Source: Octopus vulgaris (Eukaryota). Taken from it: a stretch of 64,000 nucleotides of DNA. A program made the position numbers and the translations under genes. The stretch spans positions 119,350,001 through 119,414,000 of the forward strand of contig OX597817.1 of the NCBI GenBank assembly GCA_951406725.2, read 5' to 3'. Shown here in pieces: positions 35,991 to 50,439 of the stretch. The stretch's first letter is position 1. Each line of letters begins with the position of its first letter. The notes beneath the pieces were generated by a model, which saw only the letters and a list, made by a program, of their open reading frames with translations, was not told the origin of the DNA and searched no databases.

Positions 35991-38900
35991 AACCTACAAG
36001 AAATAACAATTATAAAGGACTATGTATATTTTGTAAACTAAGATAAGCTATTTCTCACTCATCCATCTCTCTCTTTTTCCACACATACACATACATGTAT
36101 GTATTTATTGGTTTATGGATGTAGGAGAGTTTAATATTGAATTTATATTTTATGCTTTTATTCAGTGAACTGCAATGGATTAAATTTCTTTTGAGAAACT
36201 ATTAGGGAGATACATAGAGTGAACTTGACACTTAATAAAAAGTAAGAACCAGAGTAAGGAACAGAACACATGCCTTTTTTGTAATGCTATTCCAAAACCT
36301 CAGAGTTCTAAGGGATTCTGGTATCATCAAAGCAGTCATGGATTCAGTCTTTACATTCGATATTCACTTCATCTTTGGCCATAAGCATCCATAAACACAT
36401 ATGTGAATATGTTTGTTTGTGTGAGCATGTATATATGTGTAGTGAGCAACTGAGAGAGAAAGGGAATAGTTGTTTGATATTCTAAACTTGCTACAAACTT
36501 AAGTTGCATAGCTAAGCAAGTATTCTTTGGGTGGTAATTTTTTTCAAATTAAAGCATGTAAAAGTGCATACTTGCCATAAAAAGAAACCATTAAAATAAT
36601 TGGCTAGATTCATTTTATTTGTTTATTTACTTTAAAATGAACCAATTCTACTAAATTTTTTATTGCCTATCCCAGAATAGAAGTTTTAAAATTATAAAGA
36701 ACTACCTGATGTGTATGTGTGTGTGTGTGTATACATACATACACATACATACATATATATCCATGCATACATACATATCCATGCATACATACATACACAT
36801 ATATATATATATATATATATATCCATATATATATCCATATGTATCTATATAGATATGTATATCCACACATACATAGATAAATATATGCCCATATATATAC
36901 ATACACATATACATATATCTATACTAGATGACTGATATGGAAGATGAAGTGTAACATGAAGCTTTATCTAGTAAAACAATTATTTAGGTTGCCTTCTGCA
37001 CTACTCTCTAGTGGGTGGGAAATGATGTAATGATATCAGATGCATCTCACAGTGCCAAGGAGCCTCATCAGGTGATGCAATAGGCTTCAAAAGTTATAAG
37101 ATTTGCATTTTGTCCAAGCTAGAAGTGGGTATATAATACTACCATAAGTGATGAACCTAAACATGCTCTGCAGGCACTCTACCTGGGGCTTATCCAAAAC
37201 AAGGTTTTGATACTACCATTTAATATCTCCTGTCTAAACCTTAATTTTAATCGAACTTCACACACACACACACATATATATATATATGCATATAGAAATG
37301 CTCATAGACATATATACATCACACACACACACATGTATGTGCACAAATGTGTGGGTGAGCAGGCACCAAAATGCATAACATCCTACAGTGATTTAATGTC
37401 AAGAGATTTTCGCTCTGGCACTGATGGCAAAAGAAACTGTTTTCTGATAGAAATAAAAATTCTGTCTCTTCATTTCATTTCATAACCTGTGATCTTTCAC
37501 TGTCAATTTGGAAACCAACAAAATCATGAAAAAATTCTATTTTTGCTTGATTCTGTATTTCTCCTGATGTTTAGTTGTTGGTATGTTTTTTTTTTATTCA
37601 AAAGCCAAAAAAAAACAACAATCTATTAGAAAAAAATTATCTTTAAAATTTTTCTTCTTTTTAGTAGTAAACTAATAAAACAGTCTTGCTTTAAGTTACT
37701 AAGCTGATGGATTTACTAGTTCCTTTGAAGATTATGTCATTTTAATTGTGCTAAGCTTATTTTCATTGCAAAGAACATTGCAATCATTTCCCCTAAGAAA
37801 CATTCATAAATTCATGTACAAGAAGTATTATTAATAATCCTGCCATCGTCAAATTTACTTTTTATAAACACAGGGTTAATAAAGTAAGCTTCAATAATGC
37901 TCTTAAGTTAATCAAACTGACTATATCCCCTCCTTCTACAAAATGAAGTTGTTTGTCTAGTTTAAAAATGTTTTAATACTACAGTCAACCTTTGCTAATC
38001 CAGCTGGGTGTAATCTGGTTCTATCTGATATTTGGACATAATTTCCAGTTTTATGCATCATACTGCCACTGTGTTGGTGGTGTTGGCACTAACTTATGGA
38101 GACTAGGAGTCATAGCTATTGGTTTCTACATATATCATTATAACATGCATACATTTAGATCTAATGATAAGTCCAATGCATTAAATAACTGTTTCTCAAA
38201 ATGCTAAAAAATTTTTTAAAATAAAAGATAAAGCCAAACTTCTGATAAAGCTCAACAATGGCATTTCTGAGAAGTGTGAATTCTACTACATTGGCTCTTT
38301 GACAATGTATGGCATAAAGAAATAAATAGAAAAACTGAGTAAACTTAGCAGGTTGTATCTAGCCACTGGTATTACAGTAAACTCATTAACTGAGTGCTTG
38401 AACTCTTCTTAAGTTCTATTGATACCAGATAAGTAAAGGTCAACTTTGCAGGTCTCATGATCCCCTAGCATTCAAATTTGTTCTGTCTCTCCTCTTTCAT
38501 TCATTCTTTTCTAAGGCATATTCGCTCAATTTACCTTATGTGCAAAATTTAGCCTTCTATATTTCAGTTCAAATAATTTGTAAAAATGCATGAAGAATAT
38601 AACTGTGTTTGTACCCAAGTTGAATGTCTGTTACAATGTCACTACTACTCCTTGTATATTGCAAAGATATATTTGAATTGTTAAAAAGTAAAGACCTAAT
38701 GTATAACATAAAAAACTAACTTGGAACTTAACTTTAGAAGGTCACAAGGAAATCATTCATCTCTGGTTAACAATAATTTTTAAATATTTGAATGGTATTA
38801 CCCCAAATAGAGGCTGAGATGAATAAAGTTGCTATTACACCACTGAATAAAATGAAGAATTATTCAATATTATTTCTCAATAAGAATATTTACTAACAAA

Positions 38901-41034
38901 TAGTTATGATAAATTTAAATGCAGATAAATCATAGTTTTGTGTAAAATTAATCTGGACACTGACGAGTTTTAATCTAGTATCAAGATATCAAAATCACTA
39001 TTAAAACTACCATGGAGATACTGAAGAGATACAGAAATGTTATCAGAATGCTACAAGAAATAAGAGTTTTCAATAGTATTTCAGTGACAATAATCAGAAC
39101 AGTACTATTCTAAACCCACTTGCCATACCCTCTAGTCATGAATCATTTTAACCCAGCATTAGTTTCATAATTGAAACAAGAGAAATATTATCATATTTTA
39201 AATGTATAAATCATAACTAGGAGATTTATATTTTTAATAAATTCCAGTAATGAGACAATATGAATGCAATGAATCTTGAGGCAAAGAGTTGATGTGTGCT
39301 GAATGCAGTATTTTGCAATTAAACAACTTCGATTATTTGGTTATTTGCCTAAGGTTGGCAAGAAATGCGTGCGTATATTTGTGGGCACGGACGCCAATAA
39401 TTATTTTACGTCTGTGAGGGAATGTGAATATGTGTGGTGAATGTGCAAATGTTATTGGATTTCCTTGAGTACAATAAGGTCTATGACATATTGTTTTAAA
39501 TACAGTCTAAGATTTAAAACATTTCAACATTTTAGACTAAAATATCAAGCACCTAATAAAAAAATGTAGCAAAGATAGGCTTATACTAAGTTAATCGCAA
39601 CCATAATAAACCTGATTTAAGAAATTTCCGTTAGAAAATAGGAGGATACAAAAAAGAAAGTGGAAAATGTTACAAGACTACTTCTGAATAGACTTGAAAG
39701 ACAGTGTTCCATATTTAAAAGTTCTTTATTGAAACTAGACCATTTCAAGTGGAATAGACAAATAATTGGTTGGTAACATTAAGAAATTGATTGCCCATCA
39801 AATATCATAGTATTTTCTAACTTTGGTTGCTCTAAAAAATATATATATGTGTATCATTCCATGCACAACATACACTTTGAATCAATAAATGTGACATCAT
39901 ACTAAGATTTTCGATTGAAAATAATTTTCTAGTTTAATGTTACTGATGAAGAATTCATTCAAAATTCCACTTTTAATAATTATATATGTTACATGTACTT
40001 TTTATGGACTTCTGTGAAATACTACAAATCTATTTCATGTATGTCGCCTAGATATGTAACATATCTATAGTGATATGGTTATAACCATTATTTCTTTTAA
40101 TGATGCTGCCAAGTAACCAAGCAAACTATATTGTTACTATTTTCATGTTGTTGCGTAAGTTTTAAATTATATATAGGAGCAAAAATTGCTATTGATTATG
40201 AGTTGCTCAAGAAATAATAATTAAACATACACACATATATATATGTGTGTGTATGCATGTATATATGTGTATATATATCAAATGGAAGCATAAAATCTAG
40301 TTGCATTATATATATATATATATATTTATTATTCTTTTACTTGTTTCAGTATTTTTACAGCAGTCATGCTGGAGCACCACCTTATATATATATATGTTAA
40401 GAAATTGAAAACAATACATAATATTGCTTCAACCAAAAAATATGTCCCTAAAATGCTGGCTTACTACACTCTAAAATTTAAAACACTACATGATAGCTGT
40501 TGCTGTAGTTATTATGCAAAATAGTAAATTTACTAAAATGCACAAATGTGATATATTAGAAATAAAAATCTGTATTTCATCATTAGGTTATTAATATCTG
40601 ACACACTATTTACTTTGCTATTTAAAAACATGGCTGAATTAGCAATAAACATTCAAGACCTAGAGAACTTAGATGTGGAGCATCCTTTCAAATGTTTAGT
40701 ACTTTAATGAGTAATACACTGAAAATCAAAATTATATATTTGAGGCAACAGATTGATGAAATTGTCAAATGTATCACCACTTCATTCTTGCTTTATTATT
40801 GATAGATCTCAAATATTTATCAATGGTACATTTGTAGAACAATAAAATGCTATGTGTTTTTGTACTGTCTCAGATTTTCAAATCTGTGTAAGATACTTAA
40901 TGTATTACCCAAATCTTCTGCATTCATTTAAAAACTAAGAGAGAGTACACAGGAATATCAGAATTCAGAATGCTAGATGTAATAATCACTATATAAGTAA
41001 TAAAGACTTAAAATCTACTTTTACAATGAGAGAA

Positions 41035-41146
<112 letters not shown>

Positions 41147-42460
41147 ATTCCATTTAAAATATTACTCTTTCATAGTGTCTCTAATTGATACTTCAGCATT
41201 TGATGCAACTAGATTTTATGTTTTCATTTATCTTCTCACACTAATTCTGAACAGAATTTGGTTGAATAATAAACTAGAAGCCTTAGTTTTTTTAATAAAA
41301 AAAAAGTGATAAATAAAATAAAATAAATAATAATAATATTAATAATGATAATAATAATAAAATAATAATTTACTCCAACATTAAAATCTTTTTTCTTATA
41401 TTTTCTTTCTTTCTTTTTCTGCATGTTTGTCATATTTAATAAAGGAAAAAAATAGTAGAAATAGGTTGTAGAAGACGAACTTAATTCATATCTATATTTG
41501 CGATACACTGTTCAACATTCAATAGTATATCCTCAAGCCATGTATTTGTTTACTGAATGTAGCCATAGCTATTCATTCAAGTACAAGTAAGCTAGCAATT
41601 TCAGGCTGCCACTAATTAATGAACAACTGTTTATAATTCATATATAAGTCAATATTTCATTGCTTGTAGCCAATACAGCCTAACTATGTAGACTAACACT
41701 ACTACTTGTTTACTCTATTTTGATCCTCGCTCACAATCAACAGCCAACATTTTTCTGAGGATAATATTGATATTCTATTGTATTAATGAATACAGCCTAA
41801 TAACAATAGTAAACATGAATTTTACTACTTTTTATTGCCATCCTTCTCTGTTTCTCCCTCCCTGATTCTCTTACTATTTTATAGTAATGTCAATTTCTGT
41901 GTTTTTGTTTACGTGTTTTCTTTTTTTTGTGTTATAAGCTATTTTATATTTTTAGTTTAAAGAAGGTTAATACATTTGAATCCATTGATTAATTCTCCTA
42001 ATCAATGTTGACTACCATTAATTTACCAATAAATTTTCAAGTTTGATCATTTTTGAGATATTCCTCTTGAAGTAAAAAAAAAAATCAATAACATTAACCC
42101 AAAAAGTAAAAACACTTCCCTAAAGGCTAAATCTAGAATGAAAACTGTCTGCCTATGTATTCTATACATATATACATGCATGCCTTTATAAGCACATACA
42201 CACACACACACACATAGACAGATACACAGTCTGTGATCTTTATAACTATGGAGACCAGTTGCAAGAAATTTTAACTCAATGCCACGTATTCTTTTCACAG
42301 CTTCAGCTTTTAAGAATATAAAAGAATGGAAGGAGTTCTAAATGCTGGTTACATACTGTACGCCATAACTAACACTATACAAACAAATCTGATATATATA
42401 CACATACACAGACACACACTCACATACATACATACATACATACATACATACATACATACA

Positions 42461-42508
<48 letters not shown>

Positions 42509-42509
<1 letters not shown>

Positions 42510-42890
42510 CTCTATATATAAACGGCAGTTTGTCTGTGCGTGTTTCTGTGTGTCTGTTTGCTTGTACCCTCACCCTGACCACGGCTTTCAACCGATTCTG
42601 ATGAAACTTGACACACACATAGCCCAATGTCATAATTCAAAACTAACGCAGCGAAAATTTTGAAAAGTTCCCCCAGTTCTGAAAAAAATCGATAAATTCG
42701 ACATGGGGTCGAGAATCAGAAACACAAACCGCAAACTGTCTAGGGGACGCAGCTCCACCTTTTTTTACTCTCAAAAAAAATTTACCATCATTTTTTTCCA
42801 TTTTTTTGCTATTTTTTGGCTATAACTCTCTAAAAATGCTTTATAGTTATTTCCCTTACAAACCTGAGCAACGCCGGGCGATACTGCTAG
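42509..42890 (+). mobile_element. Non-autonomous Helitron (382 bp)
   Basis: A|TC 5' end (TCTCTATATATAAACGG), GTCTGT-rich subterminal tract, 3' hairpin CCTGAGC-AAC-GCCGGG (42863-42878), CTAG|T 3' end, inserted in (AT)n; CpGs retained. Confidence 0.88.
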
Positions 42891-43901
42891 TATATATATA
42901 TATATATAAATATATAACAATTAAAAATATGTTATCATAGGCACATAACTAAATAAAGGTTTAGTCTCTGCTTACATAACACATATAGAACTTATAAATT
43001 CTAATTTATGCTATAGTATTATATTCCTACAAATTTTGAAAACATATCAAACAATTCTCTTATTTCTTAAATTATCATAGAAAAATGTAGCCTACATGAA
43101 TATTTTTCTGTTTTTGAAATTTTGTCTTACTTTCAAATGCCTGCTATAAAAAATTAATTCCATTTCATATATCACTCTTCTGAAGTGAAAATATTTAATA
43201 ATACACCAAGTTGCTCAATAATGCATATTTCAGAAATATATATTCTTCATCTCTTTTTTTACCCCAAATTTACAAGGTTAAAGATTTTTGGTGCAGCTCA
43301 GATACAATTATATTACCCAGAATTGCTTTCAAAGAGCAATTGTGGAGTAATTTATTCTTGCCAATGTTACAAGATATTTTTCCATGCACAGGAGAAAAGA
43401 AATACCATCATATATATATATGTATATGCATACATATATATATATATATGCATATATATATTTATGCATATATATGCATATATATATATGTAGGTATGTT
43501 ACATAGATATAGATATAAGAAGGAAGAACTGAAAGGCTGAGGCAGAAATGATGAGAAAAGATCATTATACCATGATGATGAAGATGATGGAAGATTTGCC
43601 TGAGATTTTCAACTATCAGCGAAAACATTTAGGGCAGATATTTAAGGAACAAATCTCTACACTGCTGCAGGACTAATCACAAATGTGTGAATATCTGAAT
43701 GTTTATTTTTTCACCCTCTCTCTCTCTTATATATATTAGTGTGTACATGTGTGTGTATTGTGTGTATGTATTATATGTATCTGTATAACATATGTGCAGT
43801 TCTGCATGTGTGTACATATAGAAATCTATACGGATTTAGGTGTATAATTATGTATGAACATATATTAAATTGTGTATGTATATGCGTGTGTGTGGTGTAT
43901 G

Positions 43902-43939
<38 letters not shown>

Positions 43940-45549
43940 TAGATAGATAGATATATATATATATAGATAGATATATATATATATACACACACACAAACAG
44001 TTGCATATGGAATTTAAAATAGCCTAGTAAAACATACAAATAAATATTGGATGCACTGCTTTATATATCACAATGGTATAATGATCTTGCCTATGGAGTC
44101 AAAAGAGATAGAAGAGCATCACAGAATCGAGAAAGATTGACAGCTACGAATAAACATCTTGCCTTCATGAACCATTATTTCACGACCAGCTGTCTGACTG
44201 ACTGATGACCTCTGTAAATAAGAATCTGTGAGAAACAAGTGCAGATATAAATTAATTTCTTTCTTCATGTTGGGGTTTTAGTCATGCCCAAATAAACATT
44301 TTATATAAAGGTTATAAGAGTGCATGTATCCATACATGTATATGTATGTGCATGTATATATATGTTAATATATATATATATAGACATATGTATACATACA
44401 TACACATGTGCACAATCACACCTATACATTCACATGCATAGATGTACACACATACACACAAAAATACACATATATACACACACAGGCAATTGCATAATAT
44501 GTATGCATTTGAATTTATATTTTTTACAGTAATATTGGAAATTGTTACAACAAATCTGTGAGACAGTTCTTAGCAGATATAACTGTGTTTATCCTGTTTC
44601 AACAAAATAATTTCTTTCCTAGTTCACATTCTCTTTCCTAGTTCACATTCTTAGCAGTAAAACTGAGAAAATAATGCAAAACTGAAATCACAAATATTTT
44701 AATTGAGTACTATTAAATGAATAAATCTAAAGCATATTAAGATTTGATGCATTCTGCACAATAACAATGTGACAGGAAACAAAATCATTAATTAGAAATA
44801 TTTTTTACAAGGAGCAGTTCTTTACAAATATTGTTGAGGGCAATAAAATCAGTTTTATTCATAAGCAGAAAATACTTGTAGAAAGAAGCTGGAGTAATAC
44901 TAGTAATAGATCAGAAACATATTTTATATATATATACAAACACACACACAAATATCAACACAAACAGATTTGCTCATGCACAGACAGACACAAAAAAAAA
45001 AAAACACATACTTCCATGTACCCAGCATCATTTCATTTGATGCCATTAACAAGATTACTGAAATAGTGTGAAAACTATCCATGTTACTTTCATCTTTAGA
45101 AGACTAATTAAAATCAATCAGTCTTCAAATGGGCAGGAACTTCAAACCTATAAAATAATGGAGAGACTACTACAAATAAAAGATAGTTTGTACTGTTTGA
45201 GGTTATCTCTTTGAATTTAGCCACTGATCAAAACCAAAATAGGTTACAAAAGTAATATTGATAATATGTTCAAAGTAATATATTGGAAATATATTTTATC
45301 CAAAAATGAGTAAAATAAACAAAAGATACTTTTGTTGTGTCTATGCTAACTTATTTACAATTTGCTTGTCTTCTCTGGTCAGTAAGATTCTACAAATATA
45401 TTATGGAACATCTTTTTTATTACTAGATCAATAACTTTAAATTTTATTCATTAGTAGTAGCTAAATAGAACGATGAAAAGAATTTCATTGAAATCTCTCT
45501 CTATATATATATAACATACAAATATATACATATAAATCCATTTATATAT

Positions 45550-45637
<88 letters not shown>

Positions 45638-45743
45638 ATATGTACAAAAACACACACACATATATATGTACACACACACACATGTATATCCCTCTCTCTC
45701 TTTCGGAGAGGCACTGAGCAGCTATACGCACACATACACACAT

Positions 45744-45892
45744 GGCAGTAACTTCCACCTACCGAATTCAATCACAAAGCTCCGGTCAGCTCGGGGCTAT
45801 AGTGGAAGACACCTACCCAAAGTGCCATGCAGTGGGACTGAACCCGAAACAATGTAGCTAGGAAGCAAGCTCCCTAACCACGCAGCCATGCC
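45744..45892 (-). mobile_element. SINE family B, 5' half
   Basis: Reverse complement GGCATGGCTGCGTGGTTAGGGAGCTTGCTTCC...GGGTTCAGTCCCACTGCATGGCAC...TCTTCCACTATAGCC. Confidence 0.85.
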
Positions 45893-45894
45893 AT

Positions 45895-46180
45895 CAAATC
45901 ACAATCAAATGGAAATTTTAGTTGCGGTTGATGCCAGTGCCACCTGACTGGCCCCCACGCTGGTGGCACGCAATAAGCATCATTCATGCATGGGTCGTTG
46001 CCAGTGCTGCCTGACTGGCTCCCATGCTGGTGGCATGTAAAAAGCACCCACTACACTCTTGGAATCATTGGCATTAAGAAAAGCATCCAGCTGTGGAAAC
46101 ATTGCCAGATCAGATTGGAGCCTGGTGCTGCCTCCTGGCTTGCCAGTAACCAGTCAAACCATCCAACCCATGCCAGCATA
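45895..46180 (+). mobile_element. SINE/retro-repeat family D with internal 67-bp-period duplication
   Basis: Two TGCCAGTGC..CTGACTGGC..GCTGGTGGCA units, then GCATCCAGCTGTGGAAAC...GCCAGATCAGATTGGAG...TCCAACCCATGC shared with 48001-48157. Confidence 0.75.
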
Positions 46181-46277
46181 CACAAACCCTGTACCTGATA
46201 GTGCATTGTGTTTTCATACTGATTACCTATGGAAAAAAATTTCCCCCAAGAATATTTCAACAGCAAGACGTCTTCCC

Positions 46278-46480
46278 AGCATGCCGGGTGAAATGCTTAG
46301 TGATATTTCATCTGCTGTTACATTCTGAGTTCAAACTCCGCTGAGGTCGACTTTGCCTTTCATCCTTTCAGGGTTGATTAACTAAGTACCAGTTATGCAT
46401 TGGGGTCAATTTAATCGACTTAACCCCTTTGTTTGTCCCCTCTATGTTTAACCCCTCCGCTGTGGGCAATAAAGAAATAA
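46278..46480 (+). mobile_element. SINE family A, 5'-truncated, alternative 3' end
   Basis: GAAATGCTTAG...GAGTTCAAACTCCGCTGAGGTCGACTTTGCCTTTCATCCTTT...AAGTACCAG. Confidence 0.85.
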
Positions 46481-47033
46481 ATATGACTGCACACACACAC
46501 ACACACACACAGAGTAGTTGTTAAAGCACTAGTATGAGCTTAGGATAGACAAACACCAAATTAATGCTTGGACTTGTTGGACTCTTCAATTGCAATTTCC
46601 TAATCAGGAGAAAATAATCCAGGTGAAGAAAAGTTGGCTATGAGAAATACACAGCTTGGGCAAATAGAGATGAAAGATAAATGAACAATTATTAATTTTT
46701 ATAAACTTTTACGCATACATTTTCGTATTACATGATGATAAATCTTTACAGCTGTTTCAAACTTTCTATGACTGGTTGATGCAAACAAGTAAACATAATG
46801 AGACAATAATTATTTTCAGTAAATAAAAGAAAATATTACCAACTCATATAAATTGTGAGAAATGGAAATGCCAAACATTTTTGTTGCAAAGATGTGGCAA
46901 ATAGAAATGCAATAATAGTAAATGATATACTTCAGGTAAAACACAAGCATATTAACAAAAACTTGAAGGAAGAGGGAAATAAATATTAGTGGAGTGGTGA
47001 ATATGAGAAAAAGGGAGTAAAGAACAAGAGCAC

Positions 47034-47205
47034 AAATATGCTAGTAAAAAGTGGGAAAGGGGTTCAGTGAGAGAGGGGGGTATAGAAAAAGGAAAGGAAA
47101 GAAGCAAGTAAAAATTGTAAAACAAATAAAAGGGCCATTTTGTTGGTTTGAGAAGCTTGAGTGACAAGGAAAAGTTATAAATCTAAGTTGAGGAATGTGG
47201 AGTAG
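47034..47205 (-). repeat. Dispersed repeat, inverted relative to 49341-49496
   Basis: Shared blocks CTACTCCA, CAACTTA, CTTCTCAAACCAACAAA.TGGCCCTTT and CACTTTTTACTA in the same order. Confidence 0.7.
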
Positions 47206-48000
47206 ACATGGCAGATCAAAAAGAATCAATTAAAAAAGGAGATAATGGTAAATGAAATAGCCTTCTGCTGGGTAGAAGAAGCAATGCAATTTTATGGTAA
47301 CCTGATTTAGAAGAAGTGTCCAAGCATGAAGGTAAGAATGGAGATGCTTAAAAATTTACAGAAATAAAAAACAAAGATGATAATACATAAGAATGGCCGA
47401 TAATAAAAGAAAAAAACTATTACATAACTGAAAACATATGAAAGTTCTATAGAGTTCTATTCAAATTAAGATACATCATAATTCTAACTAGGCCAAGTAA
47501 ATAGATGTTAACAGATGAAGGTGAAATGCATATAAGCAAAGATGCAAATGTCAGATCAGAACACAGGTTTATAGGTATCTATGTTGATCAGAATAAGGAA
47601 AACGTTTTGAAAACTGCACACATCATGCTATTGTGTCACACTGGTTATTCTTGTGGAATATCTCAAGTATGAATTTCATGCAGTGTGACTGCCCTGGTAA
47701 AATCTTCCAGACCTAATTACAAACCAAAGGATGTTATAGTAAAATGCTATTAGCTCTGAGTTGATGGATATACTTTGCCAGCAAACTAGAAAATTTGCAC
47801 TTAATATTAAAGAAATATACTGACATGTGCCAAGTAGCATCTCTTACAAACCAGTGGAGGACCCTACTTATACTTTAGTCAAATTTTGGTGTCTAGTGTA
47901 AACACTGCATTATAAACATTGTATCACAAGAAATGACCTTTCCAAGGGCAATTATTGGGTATTCAACAATTAAATTTCTTCTTATATTTTAAGTTAACCA

Positions 48001-48157
48001 CTCTCGGGGTGGTCGGTGTTAGGAAGGGCATCCAGCTGTAGAAACTCTGCCAGATCAGATTGGAGTCTGGTGCAGCCATCTGCTTCACCAGTACTCAGTC
48101 AAATCGTCCAACCCATGCTAGCATGAAAAGTGGAAGTTAAATGATGATGATGATGAT
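48001..48157 (+). mobile_element. SINE/retro-repeat family D 3' end with (GAT)n tail
   Basis: GTTAGGAAGGGCATCCAGCTGTAGAAAC...CCAACCCATGCTAGCATG...TTAAATGATGATGATGAT. Confidence 0.8.
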
Positions 48158-48230
48158 TTCCATTAATACACTTACTGTTGTTCTATTTCCCATTACTATA
48201 ATTAATGGTATTATTATTACATCTATTGTT

Positions 48231-48440
48231 AAAGCAGTGAGCTGGCACAATTGTTAACATGCCAGACGATATGCATAATGGTACTTTACTCATTTTTACT
48301 TTCTGAGTTGAAAATTTCACAGAGGCTAACTTTGTCATCAGAGTTGATGAAATGAGTACCAGTGGAACATTGGGATCGATGCAGTCGACATAACCCTCCC
48401 TCAAAATAGCTAGCCATGTGCCAAAATTTGAAACCAATAT
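48231..48440 (+). mobile_element. SINE family A
   Basis: AAAGCAGTGAGCTGGCAC head; TTCTGAGTTGAAAATT; GAGTACCAG; GTGCCAAAATTTGAAACC end. Confidence 0.75.
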
Positions 48441-48535
48441 TTCATCTTTTGTTAATAATAATAATAATAATAATGATAATAATAATAATAATGATGATGA
48501 TGATGATAATAATAATAATAATATCATCATCATCA

Positions 48536-48570
<35 letters not shown>

Positions 48571-48572
<2 letters not shown>

Positions 48573-48784
48573 GGCAGTGAGTTGGCTGAATTGTTAGCAC
48601 ACTGGACAAATTGCTTAGTGGTATTTTGCTTGTTGCTACATTCTGAGTTCACATTACACTGAAGTCAACTTTGATTTTTGTCCTTTTGGGGCTGATAAAT
48701 TTAGTACAAGTGAAACACTGGGGTCAATTTAATCGATTAGTCCCCTCCCATAAAACGTCAGAACTTGTGCCTTTAGTAGAAAGG

Positions 48785-48786
<2 letters not shown>
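48571..48786 (+). mobile_element. SINE family A flanked by (ATT)n
   Basis: AAGGCAGTGAGTTGGCTGAATTGTTAGCAC head; CATTCTGAGTTCAC; CTTGTGCCTTTAGTAGAAAGG then (ATT)n tail. Confidence 0.85.
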
Positions 48787-48838
<52 letters not shown>

Positions 48839-49340
48839 ACTGTCACTGATATTGGAATGATTTTTACTATTATTTTTAACTTTAGCTCTAGTATGGTTAT
48901 TTCATGGACCTTTGTTGCAATTGATGATGTCTTCATTATTGATAGTATTATTCAACCACTACTGCCATCATTATCATATTTATTATTACTGCTGATGATA
49001 AAATTACTATTATACCTTGAACAATTACTGTTGCTTAATAATATATTAATATTATTATAATTGCCTAGTTAGAATTATGACAGATCTTAATTCAAATAAA
49101 CTTTAAAGTCTTCCATACTTTATTTCAATTATATAACAGATTTTTTTCTTTTTTATTATGGTTCACTCTTATATATTTTCATTTTCATTTGTTTTTTATT
49201 TCCTAAATATTTTCTACCAGCCCATTCTTATCTATACATTTGGACACTTATGCAGGTTTCCAAAATACTGCTTCCACAGTAGAAGACTATTTCGTTTACC
49301 ATTATCTGCTTTTTAATTGATTCACTTTGATCTCTCCTTT

Positions 49341-49496
49341 CTACTCCATGTTTCCCAACTTATATTTACAACCTCTCCTTGATATTCAATCTTCTCAAAC
49401 CAACAAAGTGGCCCTTTCATTTTTGCATTCTTTCTCCTCTTTTTTTTATAACCCTCTCTTCTTGACCCGACCTTCCTCACTTTTTACTAACATTTT
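49341..49496 (+). repeat. Dispersed repeat, inverted partner of 47034-47205
   Basis: Same ordered blocks on the opposite strand. Confidence 0.7.
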
Positions 49497-49905
49497 TTTA
49501 TTCCAGGTTTTTCCCTTCTTCCCTATGTTCATTTCTCCATTAATATTTATCTCCCTATTTCTCCAAGTTTTTATTGATGCCTCTGTATTATCTTAAACAT
49601 GTGGCTTGCTATCATTGCATTCACAACTGTCACTTATTTTCTCAACAAAACTTTTCCGTTTTACCAACTTGAAGATTTTAATGTGTCATGCTTCATACAA
49701 GTTGATATTTTTGTTTATTTGTGATGCATAATTATTGTGCTTGCTTTTACAAAATACATTATAGCAGCAACCAGTCACCAAATTTCTGAAACAGCTGTAA
49801 AGATTTGGCTTCCTCCTGTCAAATGAATATGTATATGCTATATCTCATATAAATTATATAGTACAATCTGATATTGTGTGTCCATCTTTTGTCTTTTTAT
49901 CAGTC

Positions 49906-49936
<31 letters not shown>

Positions 49937-49948
49937 TGTATATCTATC

Positions 49949-50026
<78 letters not shown>

Positions 50027-50439
50027 AACATTTTGTATAAATATGCTTGGGCATACACTTAGTGATGTATTAAAAGGCATATGTTAGCATATGAATTAGG
50101 GTTCACTATTCAAACCTTATCATCTCTTACATTATTAAATACATGGTATAAAGTGATGTTAGCTTGGATTCAGTCAGTAACATAGTAAAAGAGAGCACAC
50201 ATATTACAGATGCACAAAACTATGGAGTCATTGTGCTCTGTGCATGTGATAGATTTTGTTGGTTTTTGTCTTTTATATGATGGAAATAATATTTTCCAAA
50301 ATTAGATAGTAGGTTACATGAGGATGAGTCACTTTTGACAGCACTAGATCATTCATCTTCTGATTTAGTCTACTTAGAATGTGGTAATAAATCTAATCCA
50401 TACAGTAGGGATTTTAAGATAGATAATAAAACAAATAAG

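Noticed and set aside
44202-44240. CTGATGA...GAAAC as a hammerhead
   Set aside because: No convincing stem II or stem III.
48571-48835. SINE A mobilised by the R4/Dong element
   Set aside because: SINE tails are (ATT)n on the sense strand while the LINE has (TAA)n, and the 3' ends share no visible similarity.
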